64,000 nt of DNA, taken from assembly GCF_006345805.1 (NCBI RefSeq), contig NC_043020.1:13516001-13580000 (forward strand). The letters run 5' to 3'. The notes beneath the pieces are model-generated. The model was not told the DNA's origin and ran no database searches. It worked only from the letters and a program-made list of their open reading frames with translations. Position 1 is the first letter of the stretch. Each line of letters starts with the position of its first letter. Both the position numbers and the translations under genes were made by a program. Positions 25,150 to 38,414 of this stretch are shown here, in pieces. This DNA comes from Octopus sinensis. Its lineage: Eukaryota.

Positions 25150-25800
25150 TGCTGTAGATGCTAACCATATCGTTAATTTTCTAGACACATCCTTGAGATT
25201 GGATGATACGAGTTTCAAACCAAAATTGGAATGTGAAATTAGTGTCCGTCCATTGACTATCAAATTACTGACACATCGACTTGAGTCAAGAATGTTAGTT
25301 AACAGGTATCCTCAAGATCTTTTGATGAAGATGCTTTGATGGAGATAGCTGGGTATTATAATGAAGTGTTCAGAAATTATAGATTATTCTCCAATAAGAT
25401 TAGATACCTTTAAGAACACCGAAAGCAAAATGTCCAGAAGAAACAGTAAGAAAAAGAATATTTTATTGTCGAATCCTGTCTTTAATCTAGCATTCTTTCA
25501 AACTAATGTAGCTAAGGAATTCCTTAATGTAATAGATTACCAATTTCCTTTGGGACATAAATGTAGGAAATTATTAATAGGAGCTTTGTTAATGCTAGTT
25601 ATTCAGGTAGAAAGAATTCTGGTTGTTATATCAGGGCTTATAATATTGTACAGATTAATGAAACAGATAAGTGAGCATTTAAACAAGACCGATCATGCAA
25701 CTGGAGAATTCCTCAAAATTGCCCTCTTCATGGCAATTGTTTGGCAGAGTTGGTAAAATACAGGGCTAAAGAGGGAATAAACAAGTGAGTTAATAATATG
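25150..25800 (+). pseudogene. Decayed Penelope-like retroelement (RT thumb / RT-EN linker)
   Basis: FLDTSLRL..FKPK, then KKNILLSNPVFN...TNVAKEFLNVIDYQFPLGHKCRK, matching the Penelope-like pattern R.I.WFNPP.S..V.TNV.K.FL..IDK.FP..H.L; frameshifted. Confidence 0.7.
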
Positions 25801-25904
25801 ATGTTTCCTTCATAATCATGTAATTTTGAGTTTAATTTCACTTAGGTAAGTGTCTTCACTGTAACCTCAGCAATTAGAGTTGGTTGGTAGAAATTGTATG
25901 AAAG

Positions 25905-26320
25905 GGTGATGAGCTAGCAGAAACGTTAGCTTGCAGGGCGAAATGCTTAGCGGTATTGCGTCTGCCGTTACGTTCTGAGTTCAAATTCTGCCGAGATTGA
26001 CTTTGCCTTTCATCCTTTCGGGGTCGATTAGATAAGTACCAGTTACGCACTGGGGTTGATATAATCGACTTAATCCATTTGTCTGTCCTTGTTTGTCCTC
26101 TCTGTGTTTAACCCCTTGTGGGTAGTAAAGAAATAAGTATTGCATCTGCTGCTACATTCTAAGTTCAAATTCCGCCGAGGTCAACTTTGCCTTTCATCCT
26201 TTCAGGGTCGATTAAATAAGTACCAGTTATGCACTGGGGTTGATATAATCGACTTAATCCATTTGTCTGTCCTTGTTTGTCCCTTCTGTGTGTAGCTCCT
26301 TATGGGCAATAAAGAAATAA
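25905..26320 (+). mobile_element. SINE family B dimer
   Basis: Head + body + second headless body (junction AAAGAAATAA|GTATT). Confidence 0.85.
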
Positions 26321-26344
26321 GAAATTGTATGGAAGTCTGTCATA

Positions 26345-26568
26345 TCTTCTATCTTTTACTTGTTTCAGTCATTAGAATGTGGCCATGCTGGGGCACTGCC
26401 TTGAAGGGTTTTGATTGAATAAATCAACCCCAGGACTTATTTTTTATAGCTGGGCACTTATTCTACTGGTCGTTTTTGCTGAACCACTAAGTTACTGGGA
26501 AGTAAACATGCCAACACTGGTTGTCAAGCAATGGTGGGTGACAAACACAGACACAAATACACAGATAT

Positions 26569-26599
<31 letters not shown>

Positions 26600-26765
26600 A
26601 CGACAGGCTTCTTCCAGTTTCCATTTACCAAATCCAATCACAGAGCTTTGGTTGGCCTGAGGCTATAGTAAAAGACACCTGCCCAAGGTGCCATACAGTA
26701 AGACTGAACCTGGTATCATGTGTTTGGGAAGCAAGCGTCTTACCTCACAGCCACACCTGCACCTA
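26345..26765 (-). mobile_element. Diverged SINE family A
   Basis: Tail and head motifs recognisable. Confidence 0.75.
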
Positions 26766-27282
26766 TATATGGTTCCAGGTTCAGTCCCACTGCATGGCAC
26801 CTTGGGCGAGTGTTTTCTACAATAGCCTCATGCTAACCAAAGCCCAGTGAGTTGATTTGGTCAAAGAGTAACAGACATTAGATCATTAGTCAATATCATC
26901 ATTGTTAATCAGCTAATTATCTCATTAGTGTTGTTGTTCAATGGGTTTGGTCCTGCTGCATGGCACCTTGGCTATCTTCTTATATAGTCCCAAACCAACC
27001 AATGCCTTGGGAGAGGATTTGGATGGTGGAAACTGCATGGAAGCTCAGTACACATGTGTGTTTGTCTCTCACACTGCTTGACAATCAGTGTTGGTTTGCT
27101 TACATCTTTTAACTTAGCACTTCAGCAAAGGAGTTTGAGAAAGTAAGTACTGGGGTTAATCTGTTTGAGTAGGAAGCCTTTCAAGGCAGTGCCCCAGCAT
27201 GGCCACAGTCCAATGACTGAAACAAGTAAAAGCTAGAGTGTTAAGACCAATCCTTCTGGTTGTGTAAAGCACTCTTGACAGT

Positions 27283-27580
27283 GCCGCATAAAAGTGCCCA
27301 TGTGGTACCACATAAAAGTGACCATGTGGTACCACATAAAAGTGTCCATGTGGTACCACGTAAAAGTTCACATGTGGCACCACGTAAAAGTTTCCATGTG
27401 GTACCATGTAAAAGTTCCCATGTGGTACCACGTAAAAGTTCACATGTGGTACCACGTAAAAGTTCCCATGTGGTACCACATAAAAGTGCCCATGTGGTAC
27501 CACGTAAACATGTCTGTGCAGCGCAACATGAAAGCACTCGTGCAGCATCACGTAAAAGTGTCCATGTGTGCCACGTAAAA
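27283..27580. repeat. 24-bp minisatellite inside a family E element
   Basis: CATGTGGTACCAC(A/G)TAAAAGT(G/T)NC x ~12, followed by E tail to ~27745. Confidence 0.9.
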
Positions 27581-29149
27581 GCATACAGCACACTCTGTAA
27601 TGTGGTTGGCATTAGGAACGGCATCTAGCCATAGAAACCATGCCAAATGAAAATGAGGTCTGGTGCAGCCCCACCACCACCACCACCACTGGCTTGCCAG
27701 CTAATGCCACCATGGACAACAGACATTAAATGGTGATGATGATGACAAACCTACTCACAAGATTTTACTTCTGACCTAATTTCTTTAATTCCCTTTCATT
27801 TATAAATAACTGGAAATTAAGAATTCTCTCTCTCTCTCTCTCTCTCACCATTCTTTTAATTAAGGTTTCTTCTTGGATTAAATGACTAGGTGGGAGTCTT
27901 TGACGTGGAAGCAAATGTTTGCTTCTGTCTTTTGCCAGATGCGAAGTTCCACCGTTTTTGTCTTTTAGAAGGTATCACAGACACATTGAGGGATTCCTAA
28001 TTAAATATTTCGACATTGCAGACACCAATGGATGTCAGAATCGGTGGAGCAAATAAAGTGTTTTCTGTGCTTTGCATTATTTAGTTACACCTCTTTATAT
28101 ATTCTTGCTTCAAATGTTTCCGAGGGTCGTCGACTTTGCCTTTCAAAATTCTAGGAGCGGGTTAGAGGTCAATGAAATAATTACTTCACAAAGAACTGGG
28201 ATCAGTTTAATTAACCCTCCACTACCATCATTCCTCAAACATGTGTGGCATTGAGAGTGTCTATAGTGTGAAATCAATATTTCAACATCTCTGTCATTAA
28301 ATTTCTCAATTATTTAATGCCCTGTTAATTGACACCATTAAAACTGTAAACTTTTGCCATTCCCAATTATTCCAGTCTGCAGTGAGGGGTGGGGGCCACT
28401 TAATTATCCAGCTGACAGCCCTTTGCAAACTATTAACTCTTACTTCTCAAACACTCAACAACTAAACTAGTTTCTCGCTTACTCGGATGTTCTTGTCTTT
28501 TTTTATCTCATTTATTTTTTTCTCTGGGTAGGAGTGGGATATCTAGGGAACGGGGGACTCGGTGGGGTAATGGGACATTAAGCAAGGAGAGAATGAGAGA
28601 CCCTATTACAAGCTGGAGCAATTCAAAACACGTTTCACTTTCACATTTTCTCAAGATGTTGTCGTGGTTTTGCAGCGTTCCAACCATTAACCATTTTAAA
28701 ATTCCTTTCTCTTTCCCCAGCTGTGTTGTGTTGTGACTTTAATTACCATTTACTGCTACTTGAGTAATTAACTATTTTGGACTTTCTTTTTTTTTTTTTT
28801 TTTTTTTTTGCAATATATATTTCTACTTTGTTGTTCTGTTGGATGTTTTTCGCTTCTTAAGTGGTGTAAAAGTATCCATCTTTGGGATGGTGTAATGCCA
28901 GACGGAAAAGTTTGGAAAAAATTTGCAATGTGTTGAGATGTTTACGAACATTAAAGGAAGATAAATAATATCTGTAGGTTAGGATTCATTTCTAATGTTT
29001 TATATTAAACCTCTTTTTCTTTCCATTCCGCTTGGCATTAGCCATCATTCTTATTGCATCACTCATTACTACAATTACATGTTTGACAATTAAGGAACCT
29101 TTAAAAAAAAAAAGGTGGGTAAGTTCTTATTTTAAAATGTTGATATGGG

Positions 29150-29610
29150 CACAGACATGGCTGTGGGATAAGAAGCTTGCTTCCCAACCACATGGTTCCA
29201 GGTTCAGTCCCATTATATGGCACCTTGGGCAACTGTCTTCTACTATTGCCTTGGGTTGACCAAAGCCTTGTGAATGGATATTGTAGATGGAAACTGAAAC
29301 AAGCCCATCATGTGTGTGTGTGTATGTGTGTATTTATGTGTGTGTGTGTGTGTGTGTGTGTATTTATGTGTGTGTGTGTGTGTATTTATGTGTGTGTGTG
29401 TGTCTTAGTGTCCATTTTTGTACCCCCTCCCTCACTTGACAGCTGATGTTGGTGTGTTTACATCCTCATAAATTAGCAGTTCAGTAGAAGAAACTGATAG
29501 AATAAGTACTAGGCTTACAAGGAATAAGTCCTGGGGTCGATTTCTTTGACTAAAACCCTTCAAGGTGGTGCTCCAGCATGGCCATAGTCCAATGACTGAA
29601 GCTAGTAAAA
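29150..29610 (+). mobile_element. Diverged SINE family A
   Basis: GGCTGTGGGATAAG head, CACCTTGGGCAA core, (TG)n, CCAGCATGGCC tail. Confidence 0.75.
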
Positions 29611-29749
29611 GAATAAATATAAATACTTTGCAGTTTTCTCGTACCATCCTTCAATATGGTAAGTTCAAATTAGACCTGAGCCAATTTTGCTTTTCAATCC
29701 ACTGGTGTTTATTTTGGATAATGATGAATTCCAATATTTCAAATCTGGG

Positions 29750-30265
29750 TTTGTCCCCGTTAACAGGGGTGGCTAGATCTATCTCACTCTCACAGCAAAC
29801 ACTGTCACTCCATCTCACGTGGTTTTGGATGTCCTCCCTCCTCAAGCCAACCCTCCCAATATCCTCCACCACTTGTCCTCGCCACATTTTCTTTGGTCAA
29901 CCTCGCTTTCACAGTTCATTCCCTTTAAACTCAAGCACTCTCCTCAGAACATGATCCTCGTCCCTCCTCAACACATGTCCATACCACCACACTCCATTCG
30001 CCCTTACTGGCTCTTCCACCAATTCCTCCAACCACAGCATCCCCATCAAGTCCTCAGCCTTTCTTCTTATCCAATAGTTTCACACCACACACTGCTATCA
30101 CCTTTGCCCTCTCGATCCTTCTCAAAATTGCCATTTTGCTTTCCCTCAGACCCCATGTTTCACTCCCATACAACATTGCAGATCTCACACAACTCCGATA
30201 AACCCCTCCTTTCATCTTCAAGGAGAACATTTTCCCATACAATAACGCTCCACATTCCCTGAACT
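29750..30265 (-). pseudogene. RTE-clade LINE 3' fragment
   Basis: KGGVYRSCVRSAMLYGSETW...RRIERA...VCGVKLLD and W..QV.ED...VGL.RED..N..RW, typical RTE ORF C-terminus. Confidence 0.8.
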
Positions 30266-30351
30266 TTATAAGATATAAAGCAGAATTATACTTGGGTCAT
30301 TTTTCAGTTATCTGTACCATTCCCTTGTGAAGTGTTATCTTTTATTTGTAT

Positions 30352-30708
30352 ACTCTTTTACTTGTTTCAGTCATTTGACTGTGGCCATGCTGGGGCACCG
30401 CCTTTAGTCGAGCAAATCGACCCCGGGACTTATTCTTTGTAAGCCCAGTACTTATTCTATCGGTCTCTTTTGCCGAACCGCTAAGTGACGGGGACGTAAA
30501 CACACCACCATACACAGACACACACATATATATACATATATACGACAGGCTTCTTTCAGTTTCCGTCTACCAAATCCACTCACAAGGCATTGGTCGGCCC
30601 AGGGCTATAGCAGGAGACACTTGCCCAAGATGCCACGCAGTGGGACTGAACCCGGAACCATGTGGTTGGTTAGCAAGCTACTTACCACACAGCCACTCCT
30701 GCGCCTAT
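30352..30708 (-). mobile_element. SINE family A
   Basis: Near full length. Confidence 0.9.
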
Positions 30709-30842
30709 AAGAAACTTCCAAACATGCTGAGTTGTTAGGCTGGAATCAATAGTTACTGATGACAACTTAAGAATCGGTGATGTTGTGGCTTGAATCTTGT
30801 CAATGCTGTGGTTTTGTGGTTTAAATCTTGCAATTTCATGAT

Positions 30843-31537
30843 TTAACCCACTAGCATTTAAACCAAAATACCTACCTGTTTTATCTTCAAACTGGCCAGA
30901 TACAGCCTCTCACTCTTTTTCTGTAATATTATTCTAAGAATAAACAATTATGTCATTGAAATCTCAAAGCTACAATTCAAATCAGTGTTGATAAATGTAT
31001 GTGTGTGTATATGTTTGACATAGAAATCCAAATGCTAAAGGGTTAAGAATAACCTCCTTCTGCCCTTTTACTATTGACGACTGAATCAACAATTTCTATC
31101 TCAGCCAAATATACCATGCAGCATGTAAAAGTGATTCAACCCTTTAGCATTTAAGCCAAGCATATCTGGCCATAATAATCTACATGTTTTATCTTCAAAC
31201 TGGCCAGATCTGACTTGTTACACCTACGCTACAATGTCATTCTAAAAATAAACAATCACATCATCAAAATCTCAAAGCTACAAGGTAATGCTTGACTAAT
31301 TCAAATCACTGTGAATAAATAACCATTGCATTTGGCATAGAAATCCAAATGCTAAAGGGTTACGAATAACCTCCTTCTGCCCTTTTACTATTGACGACTG
31401 AATCAACAAATTCTATCTCAGCTATACATACCATGTAGCATGTAAAAACGATTCAACCCTTTAGTATTATAATTGAAAACAATGTGAATAACAAAAAGCA
31501 TCACATTTAACAGAGAAGCCTGTACGCTAAAGGGTTA
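30843..31537. mobile_element. Cluster of piggyBac-like MITEs with duplicated ~90-bp spacer
   Basis: TTAACCC..TAGCATTT / AATGCTAAAGGGTTA termini at 30843-31046 and 31137-31362; spacer AATAACCTCCTTCTGCCC... repeated at ~31048 and ~31365. Confidence 0.7.
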
Positions 31538-31690
31538 AGCAACTGACCATGTGCAGTTTCAACCATTTCAAAATACTCCATTATCCTCTGGGCAGTTAAG
31601 ACAATTCAGAATCTTCTTTTGCTTCCGTGATGGTTTGACGAGAGGAAACTGAGTCAAAACATGATGTATTCTAATAAATTTGTGAACAAG

Positions 31691-31854
31691 ACGCAGGAGT
31701 GGCTGTGTGGTAAGTAGCTTGCTAAACAACCACATGGTTCCGGGTTCAGTCCCACTGCGTGGCACCTTGAGGAAGTGTCTTCTGCTATAGCCCCGGGCAG
31801 ACCAAAGCCTTGTGAGTTGATTTGGTAGACGGAAACTGAAAGAAGTTCGCCATG

Positions 31855-31892
<38 letters not shown>

Positions 31893-32302
31893 CGCAGGAG
31901 TGGCTGTATGGTAAGTAGCTTGCTTACCAACAACATGGTTCCGGGTTCAGTCCCACTGCGTGGCACCTTGGGTAAGTGTCTTCTGCTATAGCCCCGGGCC
32001 GACCAATGCCTTGTGAGTGGATTTGGTAGACAGAAACTGAAAGAAGCCTGTCGTGTGTATATATATATATATATATATATGTATGTTTGTGTGTGTGTTT
32101 CTGTTTGTCCCCCCAATATCGCTTGACCACTGATGCTGGTGTGTTTACGTCCCCGTCACTTAGCAGTTCGGCAAAAAAAAAGAGACCGATAAAATAAGTA
32201 CTAGGCTTACGAAGAATAAGGTCCTGGGGTCGATTTGCTCGACTAAAGGTGGTGCTCCAGCATGGCCGCAGTCAAATGACTGAAACAAGTAAAAGAGTAA
32301 AA
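31691..32302 (+). mobile_element. SINE family A with duplicated 5' half
   Basis: 5' half at 31691-31850, then full copy 31890-32302. Confidence 0.85.
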
Positions 32303-32752
32303 GTGTAAGACAAAGAAATCAAAGGAAAATTTCCACAAGACTGATCACCTGGTAAACACCATAGAAACTCGATCTTAACGATTCATATTAATTATTCTTC
32401 TTCTTCAACAACACTAAGCTCTTCAGTTCTCATTGATTATCTCCCACGCACACATTACCCGTGATTTATTGCAATTTATATAGATTTTCTGTCTCTTTTA
32501 TTGTCAGCAGTAATAGCTTCTAATCCTCTTTAAATATTCACTACTCTCTGTCAAATACCCAAAATGTTTTGCTGTTCCTAAAAGGAATTTTTCCTAAGAC
32601 AAAGTATCTGCTAGGATTCCTTGTTAAAGAATGTGACTGCCAACCACAAGTAAGGTCTTAGTAGAGTGCTGTCATGACAATAATCGTATTTGAAACACAA
32701 GATTCCTTCCGTTTGAGAACCAATTTCACTTCAAAAGTGAAAACAGTAATTA

Positions 32753-33368
32753 GGCGCAGGAGTGGCTGTGTGGTAAGTAGCTTGTTTACCAACCACATGG
32801 TACCTTGGGCAAGTGTCTTCTACTATAGCCTCGGGCCGACCAAAGCCTTGTGAGTGGATTTGGTAGATGGAAACTGAAAGAAGCCTGTCATGACAATAAT
32901 CGTATTTGAAACTCAAGATTCCTTCAGTTTGAGAACCAATTTCACTTCAAAAGTGAAAACAGTAAATAGGCACAGGAGTGGCTGTGTGGTAAGTAGCTTG
33001 TTTACCAACCACATGGTTCCGGGTTCAGTCCCACTGCGTGGCACCTTGGGCAAGTGTCTTCTACTATAGCCTCGGGCCGACCAAAGCCTTGTGAGTGGAT
33101 TTAGTAGACGGAAACTGAAAGAAGCCCATCGTATATATGTATACATATATATATATATGTGTGTTTGTGTGTCTGTGTTTGTCCCCCTAGCATTGCTTGA
33201 CAACCGATGCTGGTGTGTTTATGTCCCCCATTACTTAGCGGTTCGGCAAAAGAGACTGATAGAATTAGTACTGGGCTTACAAAAGAATAAGTCCCAGGGT
33301 CGAGTTGCTCGATTAAAGGCGGTGCTCCAGCATGGCCGCAGTCAAATGACTGAAACAAGTAAAAGAGT
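32753..33368 (+). mobile_element. SINE family A 5' half + duplicated flank + full copy
   Basis: CTGTCATGACAATAATCG at 32669 and 32885. Confidence 0.85.
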
Positions 33369-33734
33369 AGTTTCTGCAGACATTTTCAGCAACAACTGTT
33401 CAATGTCTTTTAACCTTAGCACTGCCTCTCGTCATCTTCAGTAGCTGTATGTTGAGAAGGTGGGGAGTACTTTGAAATGGAGGTAGAACAAACATAAACA
33501 ATTGTTTTAGTTCTTCTGTAAATAATTTAGAAACAGCAAAAGTAGGTGTTAACAGATAAAAGAAACACCAAGTTCTACAAATGGGTGCAGCCATGGCTGT
33601 GTGGTTAAAAAGCTTGCTTTCCTACCACATGGTTCCTGGTTCAATCCCACTGTAAGGCACCTTGACCAAGTGTCTTCTATATGGCTTCAGGCAGACCAAA
33701 GCCTTGTGAGTGGATTTGGTAGACGGAAACTGAA

Positions 33735-33985
33735 AGAAGCCTATCGTGTGTGTGTTTGTGTATGCATGTATCTATTTCTTTACTACCCACAAGGGGCTAA
33801 ACACAGAGGGGACAAACAAGGACAGACAAACGGATTAAGTCGATTACATCAACCCCAGTGCATAACTGGTACTTAATTTATCGACCTCGAAAGGATGAAA
33901 GGCAAAGCCAGCCTCGGCGGAATTTGAACTCCGAACATAATGGCAGACAAAATACGGCTACGCATTTCACCCGGCGTGCTAACGT
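33735..33985 (-). mobile_element. SINE family B inserted in a SINE A
   Basis: Full B monomer; A 5' part at 33590-33735, A 3' part at 34020-34240. Confidence 0.8.
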
Positions 33986-34470
33986 TTCTGCCAGCTCACC
34001 GCCTTTGTATGCATGTATCTGTCTGTCTCTTTCTGTGTTTGTCCGCCACCATTGCTTGTCAACTGGTGTTGGTGTGTTTACATTCCTGTAACTTAGCAGT
34101 TCAGCAAAAGAAATCGATAGAATAAGTACCAGGCATTAATAAAAAAAAAGTACTGGGGTCAATACATTTGATTTAAAAAATCCTTCAAGGTGGTGCCACA
34201 GCATGGCCGCAGTCTAATGACTGGAACAAATAAAAGATAGACAATAAAAATATTCAACCATTCTTTAATAGTGCCGGACAAAATGCTTAGTGGCATGTCA
34301 TCCATCTTCACATTCTGAGTTCAAATTCCGCCAAGGCCGACTTTTCCTTTCATCCCTTCAGGGTCGATAATATAAATGGTTGTTGAACACTGGAGTCAGT
34401 GTGATTGGCTTACGCCACCCCCCACAAAAAAAAATTGCTGGCCTTGTGCCAAAATTTGAGACCCATATTG

Positions 34471-34699
34471 CTTACTCTTTTACTTGTTTCAGTCATTTGA
34501 CTGTGGCCATGCTGGAGCACCGCCTTTGGTCGAGCAAATCAACCCCAGGACTTATTCTTTGTAAGCCTAGTACTTATTCTATCAGCCTCTTTTGCCGAAC
34601 TGCTAAGTGACGGGGACGTAAACACACCAGCATCGGTGTCAAGCGGTGTTGGGGTTGGGGGGGACAAACACAGACACACAAACTTATACACACACATAC

Positions 34700-34735
<36 letters not shown>

Positions 34736-34930
34736 TATATATATATATATATAACATACATACATATATACGACGAGCTTCTTTCAGTTTCCATCTACCA
34801 AATCCACTCTCAAGGCTTTGGTCGGCTCAAGGCTATAGTAGAAGACACTTGCCCAAGGTGCCACGCAGTGGGACTGAACCCGAAACCATGTGGTTGGTAA
34901 GCAAGCTACTTACCACACAGCCACTCTTAA
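34471..34930 (-). mobile_element. SINE family A
   Basis: Full length. Confidence 0.9.
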
Positions 34931-35736
34931 GCCTATTACGCTTCTATATTTTCTTAGCAAATATTTCATTTGGAAATTCCAATAAAATGGAAAACTACAG
35001 ACAAATACTTCAAATGTTACATTGTCATGTAATGCAGATTATGTCAGTATTAATAGCCATTGATTTTTCGAAAAATCTTTAACGTGGAATCGGATAAACA
35101 ATATTCTTTCTGAATAGAAAGACACATTATTTGTTTTCTCAGATAAATAAAATGAAAGTGTAAAGTTATTTACAAGCTATAATTAACAGACTTCAGATGA
35201 AGGTGGTGAGAAAGTCAGGTGTAAGTCATCTAGCTACAGACCAGCTGATTACCTCTTTAACACGATCAGGTTTATGGTTGTTCCTGGGCTTCTACTTGGC
35301 TGTCTGCCTGTGTGATAAAGCTGTTTTAATGTAGATAGTCTATCTCCTGTTTATATAGCCATGTCCTTAGATAGTTCCAGAAGATTTGCTACATCGTCAG
35401 AACTAATAATGATTTTAATCATCTACTGCTCTTCGTTCCCCTGCTAGCTCTTTAACCACAGCAGCATCAGGGGAAAGAAGAATCTGATATACAGATAGAC
35501 GGCAGCAGGGCTGTGTGGCGTCGGCAGTGTCAGCAGCAGCGGCAGCAACAGCAGCAGCAGCAGGAGATCTTTTCAACTTAATCTAGTTTTCTGTTAGAGT
35601 AAGTTTGCAAAAGCTTCAGGTGTTATCTTTCAGGCTCATTCTCGACATTAAATATATCGTCACTTTAGATAAGACATCTATTATGATGCCATTCCAACTG
35701 AGAGAAAGACTTACATCACACACTGCGAGTAAAACG

Positions 35737-35771
<35 letters not shown>

Positions 35772-35788
35772 GTATATATGTGTATATG

Positions 35789-35838
<50 letters not shown>

Positions 35839-35954
35839 TATATATATATGTATATATATATATATATATATATGTATATGTATATATGTATATATATATA
35901 TGTATATGTATATATGTATATATATATATATTTTTGTATATTATATATATATGT

Positions 35955-35987
<33 letters not shown>

Positions 35988-36212
35988 TATATGTATATAT
36001 ATATATGTATATATATATATAGTATATATATATATATTATATGTATATATATATATATATATGTGGATATATATATATATATATATGTATATGTATATAT
36101 GGTATATATATATATGTATATGTATATATGTATATATATATATGTATATATATATATGTATATATATGTATATGTATATGTATATATATATGTATATGTA
36201 TATATATATATG

Positions 36213-36263
<51 letters not shown>

Positions 36264-36280
36264 GTATATATATATGTATG
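35737..36280. repeat. (TA)n/(TATG)n microsatellite
   Basis: Direct observation. Confidence 0.95.
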
Positions 36281-36407
36281 TATCTGTGTATTTCAGGCTC
36301 TTTATTTCTCGAAATCTTCGGCACCTTTGCTCGCAGCACAACTCTTATTTTTAATTAACTAACTTGCAATTATGTACATTGAGGGTCAAAAAAAACAAAA
36401 CAAATAA

Positions 36408-36438
<31 letters not shown>

Positions 36439-36459
36439 AGTAATAATGATAATAATCAT

Positions 36460-36745
36460 CATCATCATCATCATCGTTTAGTGTCCGCTTTCCATGCTGG
36501 CATGGGTTGGACGGTTCAACTGGGTTCTGCGAGGCCAGAAGGCTGCACCAGGCCCAGTCTGATCTGGCAATGTTTCTACAGCTGGATGCCCTTCCTAACA
36601 CCAACCACTCCATGAGTGTAGTGGGTGCTTTTTACATGCCACCGGCACAGGTGCCAGATGAGGCTGGCAAATGGCCACGATCGGATAGTGCTTTTTACGT
36701 GCCACCGGCACGGAGACCAGGCGAGGCTGGCAATGGCCATGATCG
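36460..36745 (-). mobile_element. Family E element
   Basis: (CAT)n tail and conserved body. Confidence 0.85.
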
Positions 36746-36755
36746 GATGGTGCTT

Positions 36756-36786
<31 letters not shown>

Positions 36787-36807
36787 TAATAATAATGATA
36801 GATGCAT

Positions 36808-36970
36808 GCGTGGCTGTGTGGTAAGAAGCTTGCTTTCCAACCACCTGGTTCCAAGTTCAGTCCCGCTGCATGGCACCTTGGGCAAGTGTCTCCTACTATA
36901 CATTCAGGCCAACCAAAGCCTTGTGAATGGATTTGGCAGACATAAACTGAAAGAAGCCCATTGTATCTCA

Positions 36971-37051
<81 letters not shown>

Positions 37052-37390
37052 TATATTATATATACTTATATACACACACACACATATATATATATATACT
37101 TATATACACACACATATATATACTTATATACATATATTCATATATATATATTATATTTATATATGTGTGTCAGTGTTTGTCCCCGCTACTAACAACACCA
37201 GCACCACCACTTGACAACCAGTGTTGGTGTGTTTATGTCCCTGTAATGTAGCTGTTAGGCAAAAGAAACCAGTAGAATAAGTACCAGGCTTTAAAAAAAA
37301 ATGTACTGGGGTTGATTGATTCAACTACAAATTCTTCAAGGTGGTGCCCCAACATGGTAACAGTTTAGTGACTGAAACTAGTAAAAGGTA
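36808..37390 (+). mobile_element. Diverged SINE family A with expanded microsatellite
   Basis: Head, core and tail motifs. Confidence 0.75.
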
Positions 37391-37428
37391 AGACAAGTAT
37401 ACTATGACTGAATAATAGTATTTATTAA

Positions 37429-37683
37429 TCTCTGTATATATAAACGGCAAAATGTCTGTGTGTGTGTCCTTTATACAAATCCATAATTTTTCAGTTAGAG
37501 GGCTCGCACATTCTATGGTCATTCAAAACCGTCCAAGGGTGGTCGTGCACATCTTTACATTTCCTCAGTCACACCGCAGAGCCATTAAAAAAATCAATAG
37601 AAGTGACTATTTTGTGGATTTTCTATCCAAAACCCAATCAAAATGCCTGAAACTTGATACCCATTGCCAGGTCATAGTGCTAG
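37429..37683 (+). mobile_element. Non-autonomous Helitron-like element, family G
   Basis: 5' TC..TATATATAAACGGC, 3' GGTCATAGTGCTAG|T; longer copy at 49925-50292 keeps the terminal hairpin. Confidence 0.7.
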
Positions 37684-38019
37684 TAATATTAATAATCCTT
37701 TTTTACTATAAGAACAAGGCCTGAAATTTGGGTGAAGGGGATAGTCGATTACTCAACTGGTACTTAATCTAGCGACCCCAAAAGGATGAAAGGCAAAGTC
37801 AACCTTGGCAGAATTTGAACTCAGAACAGTTTGTGTCTACCAAATTCACATGCAAAGCTTTGATTTGTCCAGGATTACAGTGGAAGACATTTGCCCAAGA
37901 TGCTGTGCAGTGGGATTGAACTTGAAACCATTTGGTTGCAAGACAAACCTGTTAATCACACAACAATTCCTGCCATGTAGAAGGACATGAGTCTCACATC
38001 TATATATATATATATATAT

Positions 38020-38414
38020 ACATATATATGAAGCTGAAGTTGTCTGTGTGTGTGTGGCAGGTTTGGTAGCCTTCAACTAACACTCCTCCGAGACCCTGTG
38101 GCGCAAGTTGACCAAAATTGAGAGTATGATAGAAGAAGGCTTGCTCTTCCTTCCGTAGAAGAAAAAATTCAAATCAGACCATGTTAACACCAAAAATTAT
38201 TTGCATCAAAAAGGTGCTTTTTTTCTATGAAAATCCCTATTTTTTATGATTTTTTGACTGCTGTGTCGCCATTTTTCGGTGTATTTCAACCAGAAAAATG
38301 TTCACTTATTGAGAATAACAAGCTGCATAATGTGAAATTTTTACTTTTCAAAAATTCTAAGTCTAAAGGGTCAGAAATTAAACAAACCCGAGCAACGCTG
38401 GGCTATACTGCTAG
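38020..38414 (+). mobile_element. Non-autonomous Helitron-like element, family H
   Basis: 3' hairpin CCCGAGC-AAC-GCTGGG then CTAG|T; homologous copy on the minus strand at 54506-54890. Confidence 0.7.

Noticed and set aside
25836-25856. Second AG|GTAAGT site
   Set aside because: Weak pyrimidine tract; reads as a decayed SINE A core (CCTTGGGCAAGTGTCTTC variant)
27283-27580. CRISPR array
   Set aside because: Palindromic 24-bp units are contiguous with no unique spacers; no cas genes; eukaryotic context
28860-28910. Possible miRNA hairpin (CCATCTTTGGGATGG)
   Set aside because: Stem far too short and no recognisable mature sequence
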